Assembly (NCBI GenBank): GCA_030141605.1
Contig: JAQGDQ010000899.1
Coordinates: 8,694 to 72,693, forward strand
Direction of reading: 5' to 3'
DNA: 64,000 nucleotides
Origin: Tubiluchus corallicola
Lineage: Eukaryota > Animalia > Priapulida
Below are positions 1 to 13,940 of the stretch, one piece after another. The position numbers and the translations under genes are program-made. A model generated the notes under the pieces. The model saw only the letters and a program-made list of their open reading frames with translations. It was not told the origin of the DNA and did not search any database. The first letter of the stretch is position 1, and each line of letters begins with the position of its first letter.

Positions 1-674
1 ATGGCTTACAAGAAAACAAGATCAGAACAGCCTTTTTTCAGAAATTGCTGGTATTTTACAATAACAGTATCGTTAAAAGAAAGTGAGGTGACTTTACGGT
101 GCCCTGGGCTGATAGTTCTATCCCGCCCACGTTTATGCTTGTTTATGTAATAAGCAGATTAAACAATTACTTGTGGTGTATTAGAAACACTATTATCCTA
201 GTTTCTTCGTGGTGATTATTAACTACATGTATTTGCACAGCATTTATATTCAAGCAGGCTGCACAAGTGCCTGTTGTGTACTACCTTGCATATGTTCATT
301 ATGTGGCATTTATATAAAAGCTATGGTCACAAGTACGTGTGGTATGTTATATAATGCCCCCTTTGCATGAATATGAAAGTATACACATTTTCATAGGAGA
401 ATAAGATTTTTTTCTAAAATGTGACCCCTCAAACTTTGGCGCCCTAGGCTATGTTCTAGTTAGCCTATTGGTTAATACATCTCTGGATTTTTATAAAAAC
501 ATTCAAGTATATGTTAAACTCTTAAACATTCTTCATAGAGTTTCAAAACTTCAAGGAGTGCTCAGTAAAGATACCTTTCATTAACTGTTACTTCAGGAAA
601 ATAAGCATTAAATCGTAGTAGTTGAGATACATTTGGTGGTCAACTTTGAACTCAAGATAAATAGTTTACCTACG

Positions 675-864
675 CAGGGTCGGCCTTAGGTAATTGGAGG
701 CCCTAGGCGAAGTGAATTTGGTGACCCCAAATGAAATAGAAAAATAAAAAATAAAATTACGCAATTTATTAAAAACTATCATGTATGTTACCTCGGCGTG
801 AGGCCCCCTGGAGGGTGAGGCCCTAGGCTGTTGCCTAGTTTGTCTATGCTTAAGGCCGGCCCTG
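675..864. mobile_element. hAT-like MITE
   Basis: TIRs CAGGGTCGGCCTTA / TAAGGCCGGCCCTG, flanked by the 7-bp direct repeat acctacg. Confidence 0.8.
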
Positions 865-3800
865 ACCTACGTAATTTGCATAAACCCAATTTCCTACAGA
901 ATCTGATCCTAAATTTAAGAGTATCTGAAACCTTTCAGATTGTCCAAAATTTGTATGATCGATATACTTTACCACTGCGTTAATTAATCAAATTTACAGC
1001 TTAATTCAAGGTTAGTTTAACATTCAGCTGTATAATTTATAATTGAACTGCATTAATAAAATCTATAAGCCTGTGTTTATTATACAGTTTCTTAATTAAC
1101 GAGATCAATAGGAAAGCATCAATACGCCACCTGGAGGCAAAATGTTTTGCATATTCATTGTTTATGGCATTATAAAAGTTTCATACGTTCCCCTGTTGAG
1201 TGTACAATTCAATTCAATTAAATTTATTTATCTCTTTATAGTATTACAATCTGGTGTATAACTTACTTATATCTTTATAGTGTATAACTTACCGAGAACG
1301 TCATATTTTTCAAATGTCGCATTCCTTGCAACTACAATTGTTATAGAAATACCTGCAAAGCAATCTCAGGCATAAAGTTGCTTCCTGAAAATTTTATGAT
1401 AAACCATAATTAGGTGTAAAACCAGATCGGTATATCCCTGTTCTGCAGCGATAACCTTTGACTAATAATGCATTTACTAGATAATTACTCATGTAGTTGA
1501 TCACGATTACATTCTAGAATAGGATGTCTTGTATTTGTTTTATCAGTACGTTTCGTCAGCTGTACATTTAGCGTGCTGTATATTTTGCGCACCTTACACC
1601 TTAACATTATATATTTTGCTAGTAACCTTTGTGCCAATGAAGTTTCTGCTGAAATGCGTAACATGCAAAGTGTACAACTGGCAAAGTGTGCAATAGCAAA
1701 CTGTACATCTGGCAAACTGTGCACTGTTGAAATGTAAAGCTGGTCAAGCATTTGACGCAATGTAAAATCATGAGCTTACTCCAAGATATTCAATATAGAT
1801 CTGCTTTTCAAACTGCTTTTTATTTAGCTATGTAATTTTATTTAATGAAAGAGCACTGAAAGTTGCTCGGGATGCTGTGCAGCAATAAAAGCCCAAAAAG
1901 TTGTGATACGTGTATTTCTGTAGGAAACGGTGCCTTGACAAACTTCTTCCTTAGGAAGTTACACAGTCACAAACTAATTGAAAGCTAAAACTGATAATGT
2001 GGCACTGTAAGCACATGGCTGGACATAATAATCCAAATTCCAACTGTTTCCTCACGTCCAAAACTTCATTAAGGCAGATTTGTTTCACTGTATGTAGAGT
2101 GCCAATAGTCTGTAAAAGTCATTATGTTATCTCACTAGTCATTAGAGCTATGTAAAGCTAACTACTCACAGCCACTTTTGCACAACCAAAGTTTGTTATA
2201 TATTCAGTTAGTATAACTTAAAAATATTAACTACCTCACAAACTTTGTTACACTGGGCGTAAAAAGAGCACACAAACTTATACCACCACCTATAGTGTCC
2301 AACTTGTTATACTAATATTAATGACTCTATACGTACCAAATGTATGTAAGTGTATATAGATTCAGCATGACAGGTTTACGTTAAATTGATGAAAGTTGTA
2401 AAGTGTTGGAAATAGTAAATTGCTGTGTTTATAATAATAAATAGTACAAATACTTTACCATAATAATGCGTTTTTATTAACTTTATGCTCCTGAATTTGT
2501 ATATGCCAAATTTGCCAACAGACAATGCAAGAGTGGCACATAGACCAGTCAACAACTCCATACATTGATTACAAATCTGATTCCTAAACTAGATAATCAC
2601 ATTAAAATGAACTCAAATTAAAGAGCGTGATGGCAGCAAGCAAAATGGCAGGAGGTCAAACACTTGCAAAGCATAAATCTAACCGACAGATGTCCAAACA
2701 AAAACATGATGAGAATTTTTTGGTTCACACGAAAACAGTACCTGCTTGGTCAGTTGCAGAGAGGCTACAGGTGATTACTTGATGGGCATAGAAAGTGGAC
2801 ATTGATAGACACAGAACCATGCCATGCTCATATTTTCTGTAATGTTATTTCAGACAAAGTGGCAATTAAATGGTTTTTAGAAAAATCGTTCTCCTAATTT
2901 CTGTGGGTGTTTTGCTGTGCTCATCTTCCTTCTGCAAGCTACCCACTTGAACTAAACTAACAAAAGAGAAATGAATTAGTCTAAGCTGCCATCTACCGTC
3001 GTTGTTTTTACTCTAATTGTACAAAGTTTGTCAGAGATTGATTTTGTTTCTAAATATTGTTTACTCATTGCTTTTATAGATTATTCATTAATCTGAGTAA
3101 TTAGATTGCTAATTTCCTTTGCTTTAATTCTCTTTAAGTTAAAACAGAGAAAAATTATAACACAGTTTTCTGTAAGCAAATAATCTTTATTCTGCTATCA
3201 AAGCAGCCAAATAGGCTTTGATCTTGATTTAACTAGTAGTCTGTAGAGTATACGTGACCTTTCTATTTATGGTCTGTATGCATGAATGTAATTTACCTTC
3301 CAATAGGAACTTGAATCTCTGGTCATGTGATTTACTGCTCAATTCTCTCAAAGCATGCAAGTTTCAGTTGATCTAGAGACAGCAATGTTAAAGGATGCAA
3401 AATTTCTACAGTATCATATTGCTAACTCTTATGACTGTTTGTTCAATTTTGTTACTAAAGTGAACATTGTATACGTTTTACAACAAAATGATTGCAAATT
3501 TCTACACCTTTGATGTAGCAGCAAATTTCTTGTTATATGTGGCTCTTTACAATCATCTCTTTGGCAACAACAGCAATGGAAAATTAAAGCTTTCTCAAAG
3601 TGAAACTTACTTTAGAAAGGATTGTTCTGCTCATGTAAATGCAATTACGTTTACACCAATACCAAGATCGGTGCAACACCATTGGTGAAAGAAAGAAAAA
3701 TATAACATCAGTGTATTTTCAATTCATGATAAATGCCTAACTTTTACCATGTCAAGCTTTAACATGTTTCTTGCTAGATAATATGATTGACATCACCCTT

Positions 3801-3954
3801 ACAGGAAAATAATAAAACATTCAAACTGCCTGGTTTCATAACTATTTACAATTTTAATTAGTAAATTATTGCTTAATGAAGAAATGTACTTAAAATTATT
3901 CATTAACTTTCAAGTTCTTTTCATCAAACTTTGAAGCTAATCCCAAAAAATCGG

Positions 3955-4030
3955 GACTCAGGCAGAAATTTGAACCAGAACCTTTAGATTACACGCCAAA
4001 TGCTCTGGCCATTACAAGCTGTATTAGCTT
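3955..4030 (-). mobile_element. tRNA-derived SINE-like head or tRNA pseudogene
   Basis: Minus strand reads AGCTTGTAATGGCCAGAGCA...GGTTCAAAT, i.e. degenerate A and B boxes; no clean cloverleaf. Confidence 0.45.
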
Positions 4031-4607
4031 CCACGGCGCTGGGCGTAATCCAAAAATCCCTGGTAAAAATCTACATGTTTCCATCCTTTCTAAAAAAACT
4101 TAATTAAACTTTTAAACAATTTAATAAATGTGGGTTCACTCCATCATTAACAACTTCCTAATTTCAAACAAGTGAAATATTACGTTTACATCCAAACCAT
4201 TTCAAAATGTTCAGTTCAGAATACAGAATAATTTATTTGCCTCAATAACATAATCAACATAGCATTAACAAATGATGTGACTACTAAGAGAGACAGGGTG
4301 GCGAAAAGACCGAAAGGTCATCGAATCTACCACCCTTCTACTAATTTAATAACAAAACTCTACTTAGATTAGTACTATGAGCTATAGATATACTATAAAC
4401 ATTGCGATATTTACACATTTGTAATTAATGAACCCATGATTGATTATAATAATGATATAATGATGAGCTGAATCTTTGTATGAGTTCAGTACTTAATGTA
4501 AATAATTGTTTACATTACAAACATTATATTACAAATTGTCACCTGTAACTTGCAGAATTTCAAAAGCAGCACTATTTCATGTAAATTAGCATCAACCTAG
4601 TCATATA

Positions 4608-5138
4608 CAGTCTAGCCTCGTTATCTCGCCCCTCGTTATGCCGCCAAACTCGTCTCTCGCCATAGAAAGTGCCAGGACAGATTTACTGCTTTGATATTTA
4701 CCTCGTTAAGTCGCCACCCTCGCTTCTCGCCCTCGCCACGTCATGCTAGGATGAGGGCTTGTGTAAACTATATTCGTTATGTCGCCACACAGACAAACTC
4801 AGAGGTGAATCGATCAATACATATACAGCGTGTCGATCAATATAACCGCGGTATGTAGACAATGCTGCTGTACTCGATAGACAGACATAATTAATCTAGT
4901 GTGTGTCTCACCAGGATTATATTAGGAGTGCTATGGTTGGTTAATGCACAGAGAAACTAAAGCGTCGCCGATATCCTTACTGTATAACACCAAAGATGCG
5001 TTTAAGTTTGAGTTTTCACAAAGCGTGAGCAAATTTACATGATGTCTCTGAAGCGAATATTCCCGTTATCTCGCCATACTCGCCTCTCGCCAAAAATCTG
5101 CCCTAGACGGACAGTGGCCAGATAACGAGGCTAGACTG
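4608..5138 (+). mobile_element. pogo/Tigger-like MITE, copy 1 (531 bp)
   Basis: TIR CAGTCTAGCCTCGTTATCT at both ends, TA target duplications, and subterminal TCGTTAT/TCGCC repeats. Confidence 0.92.
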
Positions 5139-5530
5139 TACACAAAACTGGGCACTGTAACAGGTCAAATACAAGATAAATAAACATATTTCTTGCAGTT
5201 GCCACAGTATTACCAATTGAATATGTTGAACATGATGAAATTTCAGCCTCTTAAATACCACAGCCATTAGCAAGTAACAACCCAAACACCTTAGTTAACA
5301 TACAATTGAAACTACCACTTCAGTAACACACGATAGTAAATAAAAGCAACACAATTACAAAGAAAAAATGCCGAAATTATAATTTCAATGGTAACTAACC
5401 ATGATTGGTTGGAAAGTATCACATGCTTAAATGTTATAAAAGTTTTGCGTGTTAATTAATTATGAATAATTATTAATTACTGTTAATTAATTAATTCTCG
5501 ATGTCGCACAAATCGTAATTTATCGCACAT

Positions 5531-8500
5531 TCACGTCAAACCCAATTCTGTCTGATTCTCCAGCAACCATCGATGATAGTCATTTAATTTGTGATCAACT
5601 GGATCCACCTGAAAACCAAATAATCGCTAGTAAATAAAAATCAGAGGTACTTCAACCACGTTCTGATGTGTACTCATTCGCAAAGGTAAATAATGTAACA
5701 CAGCAACACGGCGCTAACATAATCTTGCTGACTAAGCTTGTTTCTGCTTACAATTGCTTGTTAAACACACAACTCATTCAGCTATTTCTCTCCAACCCTC
5801 TATAAACATTTCCAACACAATTAGGAGAAACCATCAGTGTGCAACGCATTATATGTATTTAATTAAGATAAACCCATAGAATGCCACATAATTTCATGTC
5901 TATTCGTAATTGGGGGTTTGTCAGGGGCGGAACTAGATGTGGCAAGCAGGGGGGGGCGCAAAAATGTTCTGGGAGGGCGAGGTATCCGAAGTGGTTAAAT
6001 AATGGTTAAGCCAATTTTTAACCCCTTTTATACTGCATGCAGGCCTATAATTAGCATGTGTGTAGGACGGCGTAGCGGACAGAGTAATAATGAGAAAATT
6101 AATGCTCAGTTAACCTAACGTTATCAATGTGCCTCTAACTAAATTGCCGTAACGCTGCTACACCATGGTACCTAGACGCACATGGGCACTCTCAAATTTC
6201 AGCATAGTACCGCTGCTACACCAGCATCCTATAGCTGTGCACACAGACCTGTTGGCCTGTGTGTAGAGCCTGGGACTGTGTACGGTCCCTGTAGGCCTAC
6301 ACTGTGATAGGCATCTCTATGCACACTGAGTTTTGTCTGCACGCACACTGAAGCTACCAAACATTTTTTGACCTAATTCTAATTCATACTGAAAATGATT
6401 ACATGCGAACTGCAATTTTCACTGCAAAAAAAATTATTTGTCCGATTTTGCAGGGGCGCCCCCTCGCCCCCCCCCCTGGGGTTCGTTATATGTTTAAAAT
6501 AATCATTTACCTCCTTCCATTCACCAAGGCAGAATATCTTGTATGAATCGTTTCCATATTTTCCAATGCCATACAAGTCTATTGGGTACTTCCAATCCTT
6601 TGTTAAGTACTCATCTACATGTAAGCAAATTATACAGAATAAAATCATCTTGCATAATTGAACACTGAATACAGGGTGACACCAAACCTTTGCTAAGGAT
6701 GTACAAGAACAGGTAGCAGTAGTAGTACAATCTTTATTTGCCATTTTAAAAACATTGACCATCATATTAAAAGACAGACAATCAGTGTTAGTTCATATAA
6801 AAAACATACACTGGAATACACTGGAAACTAGAAATTCAGAAATAAAATATAAACTAGTTTAGTAAGGTCTAGGAAAAATGAAATTATGATTTTAGTAAGT
6901 ATCATCGTGTTCGTATGTCGGATATTCAAAACGAGTCATTAAAAACTTGAATATTGATAAAGAGCTGCTGTGTTTTAGTGATGTCGGTAATGAATTCCAA
7001 AGTTGTATTACTTGCTTAGTAATGGAATTCTTTCCATATTGGTTGTTCTTTCCATACAGGGAGCAGCACAGATCAAAAATATTGCATCAAAGTATTACAA
7101 AAACAGCAGAGAAATTGTTACATCCTCAAAATTTAGTGCAAAAACCTTGTGCATCTTGCACAGCCTGCAATCTTGAGGGTACGATTTGTGCAACTGCTTG
7201 AAAATTCGGGGATTCACTTTTTCCATCGAACTGAATGGCCTGGAAATTCGCAGGACCTCAATTCCCCATCAAACATATTGGAGCTATCCTGAAAGACAGA
7301 GTGGACGTTAAGGTGATGAAATAACATGCCACTGCTCAGAACTCAACAAACAAGTTTGCGAGACATATGCAAGTTCTACGTCTGAAGGACTTGAGTTCTT
7401 CGAGGTTGCTGCTAAGATCATAAACTCAATATTGTAGGCTGTACTAGGCTTCCACACTAAATTCTGTGGTATGACAGATTCATGGTTGTATCGCAATGCT
7501 TCGATGTAATAAAATTGCTCGATACTATGTGTTTTTGTACCCCCTAGCAAAATGTAATGCACCAACCTGTATACAAAATACATGTAGTAGATCTATTTTA
7601 GTTAAGCTTTTGGTGAAATGCTGCCCAGAAAGAATTTCAGTAAACGAATGTATTTACTTTTCGTTGTATTTTTGATAAATGAAAAGTTCATTTGGCTAAA
7701 ACTTGAGCAGTTATAGGTTAACAAGGAGTCAATGGATTTATGCAATGCAGATGATTTAGAGCCCAGCTTTCAACTAATGTGCATTCATCATTTATGCACA
7801 TATTTCTGCCTGTGGAAGTTGTAATTGTACATTTTTAGGTGCTGCCATCTATGATCTAATCCTTTTACTCTACCAGCTACTTACCCCCGGTATAATTGTA
7901 CGGTCCAGTGAATGCATATTCACTGGCTCTCTCCCTATTTTAAAGTAATGGTTTTTGTGAAGTTTGTGCAAGTCTGCATAGGTCACCTATACCTATATAT
8001 ACTGACTGGATTTACTTTCTAGTCACTCTCTCATTCTCAGTGTTCAGTGCAGGACACTCTCATTCTCAGTGTTCAGTGCAGCAGTCATTCTACTCATATG
8101 TCTGTAGTTAATACACACTTTTCTGTGCAAATATGTAGTATAGTTTTTTATTCTTGTTCTACAAAGTGAGTGATCTACAACTTTAAACATGACTTTCACA
8201 CTGGCCTTTCTCTATTAGGCCTCTCCAAATTCGAAAAGGTGTCTATTTACTGTTGAAAGAGTGTTTGCAACCACCACAAAACTAACAACTACCTGTTGGT
8301 AAACAACGAAAAGGAAGCTAATACAGGTAGACAAATATGAAAACAAATAGTGCAAACTAAGTCAGCAGGTAATTCCGGAAACCTGAACGCTGTGTACCTC
8401 AGAATCGGCTCATGTGGCTTTGCGAAGATGGAAATGTAATTGTTTAGTAGAAACGCCAACCGTAATATATTAATAAATCATTATAAGGCCTTTATATAAA

Positions 8501-11500
8501 CTTTGGCATATTGCAAGATGGAGTCCAGCACTCAATGGCAGGGCCTACTCAACGGTGATGTTCGTGGCAACACTGGAGCTTCCCTTATTACCAAGGATAA
8601 ACTCTAAAGATCAAACTCAATCGAAGTATTCAAGATTTTGTCCAAAAACTGCCCGTCCTATCTCTATGGACTGATAGAGGAACGAAAGCAAAACCGCTAC
8701 TTCCTCAAAAAAATGAACACTGCAGAACACCCTACATATGATGGTGTTACATATGGCAAAAAAAGTTTCTCCTATTATGGAGCCACATTGTGGAATGAAT
8801 TACCAAACTGTCTCCGAATGGCCGAAAATCTTGAAGAATTTAAACGTCTAATTAACTCATGGACTGGTGTATCATGTAAATGTGCCATTTGTAAATTCAG
8901 CGAACTTCCCAATTTTGTTAAGTCGTAGTTAAATGCTGAAATGTTGGCAGGAAAAATTTTTATTGACCTAGATAGCTTTTTGTGTAAATTTTAGAAAATG
9001 TTACTGCCTAAAATTTTACTGTCTCAAATTTTTACTGTCTTCATGTAGGTGGCATCCAAACGATTTTAAGAAGTACATATTATTACCATGTTATCGCTCA
9101 TATACATTATGTTTGATATCAGTTTACGAGTTTTAAGCTCATGTTTTACAAATATGTACTGTTTTATATCATACCGATGAAAATAAATATTATCTTATCA
9201 TGCACTGAACCGACAAAAATGTTTTTAGCCACGTTTGCACGGTACACATCTTCCCTCAAAAGACGTAAATGCTAAACAGCTACAAGGAGTATTTCAAATG
9301 AAACTTCCCAGAGCAAGTATTGAACTCGAGCGATCACGAACCATTAGCGGAATTGCTTTAACTACGGCTTCAGGATACACCATGACACCTCAGCTATATA
9401 TCTCGACTTACATAGGACTACAATGATCTAATGCATCATTTACGTTGCACATCAAAGAGAGTATAATAAATTTGTTTTAATTTGAGTTTATTTTGTCACA
9501 TTCACAATTTTCATCACGCTTTCATTCACTTCTCTCAAAATTTTACGGACAAAAAAAACGAATTTCTGCCCAATGGGAAGCAGACAGCTCGGAAATCCAG
9601 CAAGATTGATAAAAATTGGATCAATCCACTAGCAAAAATTACAAAAATGCAAAATTCAGCAAGGGAATCAGGCAATTTGCAAAATTTGCGATAAAATGCT
9701 CCATGAGATTTGTCGTTGCTATAATGTGCAAGGACACGGCACCTGCAAAACTGAAACTTCCTAATTTTGCAGGAGAAGTAGAAACTTTTTAAACTATTAT
9801 CTGCATTTGTGAAGAAAAAACGGTGCACAAAAATTGACACAACTTTAGATTACCAAACAGGAACACGGTAACGGTTACCATATTTCAGGAGGTGCTAAGC
9901 TAAGAACACGTTGTTACAAATAAAATATTCTTTTTTGCACATATAATTGCAGATAGTCTAAAAAAGAGCACCGACAACAAGGAGAGTTTGACAATAGCAA
10001 TGCAAAAGAAAGAGCATGCAGTTTAACCCTTTCATATCCGTTGTATCACGTGGGATACGAGAATATTTTCTGCCTTTAAAATTGATAAAATTTTAAAACT
10101 GACAGTTATTTGATCTGTTAATAGTTATTTTGATTTAAGCCAATAACAATAGACTAAAAATGGTGATAAAATGACAAACTAGAAAATGTACGTAGCATAA
10201 AAAACTGCACAAGGTACAGTACTTTAGGGACGACTTTGTACAGATCAGCATAGTATGCATGCTAAATGTCTTAGATACTTCAAGAAATTATCAACAGTTA
10301 CAAAATGTAGCACATTTATGCTTCCATTGAATCCCAATGGATACAGGCTATGTTTAGCATGCGGGCACAGGTAGAAAAAAATTATTATGTGTAAACAAGA
10401 TGGACATACTGAACAAAAGTACCAAGCCAAAAAAATTTTATTATTAAAAAAATAATTTGGGACTGGAAGGGTTAAACAAAACATGTACGATATGCCTAAA
10501 CAGGTACAGTAAAAGTTTTTGTTTCATTATGAATCGTGTTGTTTTTATGACGCATCTTCACCAGTGCCATTATTAAGTTATGAACAAGACAAAAGTTTTT
10601 CTGCAAGGTTACTTCACAGATAAGCTATCCATAAAACTATATTATGCTGCATAACAAACTCTCTTCCAAGATAAACCCTGCACCCAATGCACCGTTAATC
10701 TCGTTTATAAAACTCACAAAACATTACCCGACATGCGAACGATGATTTTTGCTCGTTTTTCAAACAGGCCAAGAGGACGCAATAGCTCTGCCATTGGCTT
10801 CCAGTCGGCTGTCCGTGCAACTTCTGGTGTGGGATATTGTTCCAGAAACGACCAAAGAACTGGTAATGCCATTTTGCCTACACAACAAAACACCACACCA
10901 ATAAAGCGGCCAGCACAATGTCTTCAGGAACAAATTTACCTCAGTTATTTGTAATCTCCTTTCAAGTTTGACAATATTTAGTCTGAATAAATTATCTACC
11001 AAGCTGTGATGATACATAATGAATACTTATACTGATCGTTTTACTTTAAACAAATTAATAGATAATTCAATGATGGCAACTTTTACTGCACAATTATAGT
11101 TTTAGACGTAGTTTTGAATGAAAAATTTTTACCTGTTGTTCTATTTAAAAAAATTGTTGCAATCAATAATTGCCATGGATCATGATAAAGACTTTCTTGG
11201 ACTAGGTTATACGGCGACTTTGGAGGTATCCAATGAAATGTGGCGCCACCTTTAGCCAAATTAGCACAACTTTCTTTTATTCGATTACGTTGAGCTTTTC
11301 CCTTCTGTAATCGATATTCATTATTCTACATCAATTAATAGATTAACATCTAATAGAATCTAAATTCATCACTTCATTATAAAGTAACACCAACTTGACA
11401 ACTCTGTAAAACTAAAAAAAGTATAAAAAAACAGTTAAAAATCGATAGGCAAACATAAATCTACATGTTTTTATCAAATTCAAAGTAGAACTTTTCAAAA

Positions 11501-13940
11501 CCTCAACAGAATGAAAAAAGGGGGGAAAACGATACCATTTTAATCTCAGAATAAATAAATGACTATAGGATGAACTTTAGCATTAAATTAATTATCTACT
11601 GACAGTTAGACAAATTGTTGAAGAACAGCCAAAATATCTATTTTTTGTTCTAAATTAGGGGGTTCAATGTTGTCGTTATCCCAGTCCCCGAACCTTGATC
11701 TGTAACTTTTTTCAAATCTTGAACCCCATTCCCAAAACTCTCATCCCAACCTCAAGCTTTAAAAATGCTTACTTGAGGTTTTTTAAGCGCGTTAGAAAAA
11801 TGAGCCAGTCACCAAGTTATTCATCACTCAAATTTCTTCATATTTTTATTGAAATTTTATTAACCCATACTGCACTGCAAGATTGTTAATTGCTGTTTAT
11901 TAAAAAGTTTCATCGGTACTGCAGTTTAAAGTTAGCATGATTATCTTTTCGTGGAACATACAGAAAGAGTACATTCATCCATTTGTGAGTGTTGCTACTT
12001 GCTAAGTTACACTTCTGTGGTGTAATTTGCCAATAATGATGTAATAATTTATGATATAAATATATAATTGACACCGTCATGTAAAAAATAATTTGTATGA
12101 TTTTCATGCTACTACTATTAGAATCTTCCCTATTTAAAATTCTTCCAATACTTCCAAATCAGTGTATAGTTATTCTTTTTAAAAAATATCTAAATTTCAT
12201 AGCAAGAAGATAACGCAAGAAGATTAGGTTTAATTTACGCTTACTTAGAATAGTGAAACATGCAGGCCCAGTGCCGTAACTGATGACTGATACACACCAT
12301 TATTCCAACCCGAACCTCGTTCCTGACTACTCGATCATGCACCCAAAAAACCACAATGTCAAACTCAATTAGCGTCCCGAACCCCTGTCCCAAACCATTA
12401 ATTTCAACGCAACCCCTGATCCTGACCCAGGCTCCGAACACGCCTAGTCTAAATTTCAATGCATCTCGTTAAAATACACCCTTCTCGTCTTTTTATTAGT
12501 TCCTGTTGGTACCTGTCTCGGATGATTTGTAACAAAAAATGAAAAATACATCATTCATATGCAACATTTTTACGCTCTTACCAATTTACCACTTTTCTTA
12601 TGTCTTGAGAGAGGACAAGTAAAATATGGACTAGTTCTTCGATGTCTGTCTGACGCACCATTTTCATTACCAGCTGTCAGTTTATTATTCTCATCTGCAC
12701 TATGTAACTTGCTGTCAGCAGAGTCAACACTATGAGAATTTTCAAAATTCTTCATCTTACTGCAAGACCTTGTATTTGGTCTACTAGTTCTCTGAGCTGA
12801 CTGGAGAAACATACCACAAGCTGAATTATTCCTAGTCCCAGAAAAGTGCTTTCGACTCGGTTTTCGTCTCGTTTGCTTCTTGCCCGAGTCAGAGGAATTA
12901 ACCTTCAATTTTTCAAAATGCAAACTTTTATCTGCATTTGCTCTAACATCGTTAAAACAGTTTTCACTTTGATGTACTGATTTACATGTTGTTTTTGATG
13001 GAGTACAATCACCTTCTGTCCGATTAGGGTGCTTCCCTCCACGTTTGCTTCTTTTTTGCATCACAAAAGAGTTTGTGGGTTTATCTTGCAGTTTTGCAAA
13101 ATGTTCGCTTTTATCAATACTTACACCCAAGCGATCAATACACTTCTTGCTGTGTGTTACCATTTGCTGTTCTTCATTTAATACTAAATCATTCTCTGCC
13201 TCATTACCAGATTTTCTGCCTCGTTTTCTTACAGATTTTGCTTTGAAATTTGCGTAATTGTGCAAATTTTCTGATATGCATGCATCAGTATGTTGCTGAC
13301 ATCGAATTACGTATCCTGCTTTTGGTAATAATACATTTGACTGCATTTTATCAGTGGTGGAGCCTTTTAAATGGTCTTCTACACAAAATGCTGCTGCTAT
13401 ATCGCCAACTTGGAGTCCATGTTGCAACAAGTGGATCTTTAGTCGCTTCTGTGACCGGAAAACCAGACCATCTGGGCTAAAACAAATAACACATTTGGCT
13501 GTTTGGATAAATCATAATTTAAAATTGTTGTAAAATAAAACTGTATTTTGAAACGAAAGCATATAGGGAACTTATTAGGACTTCCAGTTGTAATTTGCAA
13601 ATCAGTAACCTGACCAGCATAAGCAATTATGTCTCTGTATTAAGAATCACTCTAGTTGTAATAACTTTTATCAGTCTAAACAAAGCAAGTCGCCACTAGT
13701 GATCCAACTCAACCATTCACGACGGATAAGAGTCACTTATAAATATGATTGCCTAGCAAACTGAAAAATTGTAACAGAAAGCATCTTATAAAGTGACCAA
13801 TCAACGTAATTGGAAATTAAAAAATTCTGAGAGCAGTACCTATAAATGTAAACGTCGTATTTGCCTGTTGATACACCACGTTTTCGCTTTGCAACTTTTC
13901 TTGTCCATCCTTTTGGTAAACCCGGTACTACGTGTTCCAT
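5531..13940 (-). CDS. MBD4: Methyl-CpG-binding domain protein 4 (MBD plus HhH-GPD G:T/U mismatch DNA glycosylase), ~506 aa, 6 coding exons
   Basis: Exons 13940-13840, 13476-12582, 11325-11133, 10877-10728, 6614-6511 and 5608-5531, all GT-AG and phase-compatible. MBD: [35 protein letters not shown]. Glycosylase: [42 protein letters not shown]...[20 protein letters not shown]...[15 protein letters not shown], closely matching vertebrate MBD4. Further upstream (UTR) exons are possible. Confidence 0.95.
6920..7040 (-). mobile_element. LINE ORF2 3' fragment in MBD4 intron
   Basis: Translates to [22 protein letters not shown]...SLSIFK, the typical C-terminal WNxLP motif of CR1/L2-group ORF2. Confidence 0.65.
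8600..8930 (+). mobile_element. LINE (CR1/L2 group) ORF2 3' fragment in MBD4 intron
   Basis: CPSYL...[37 protein letters not shown]. Confidence 0.8.
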
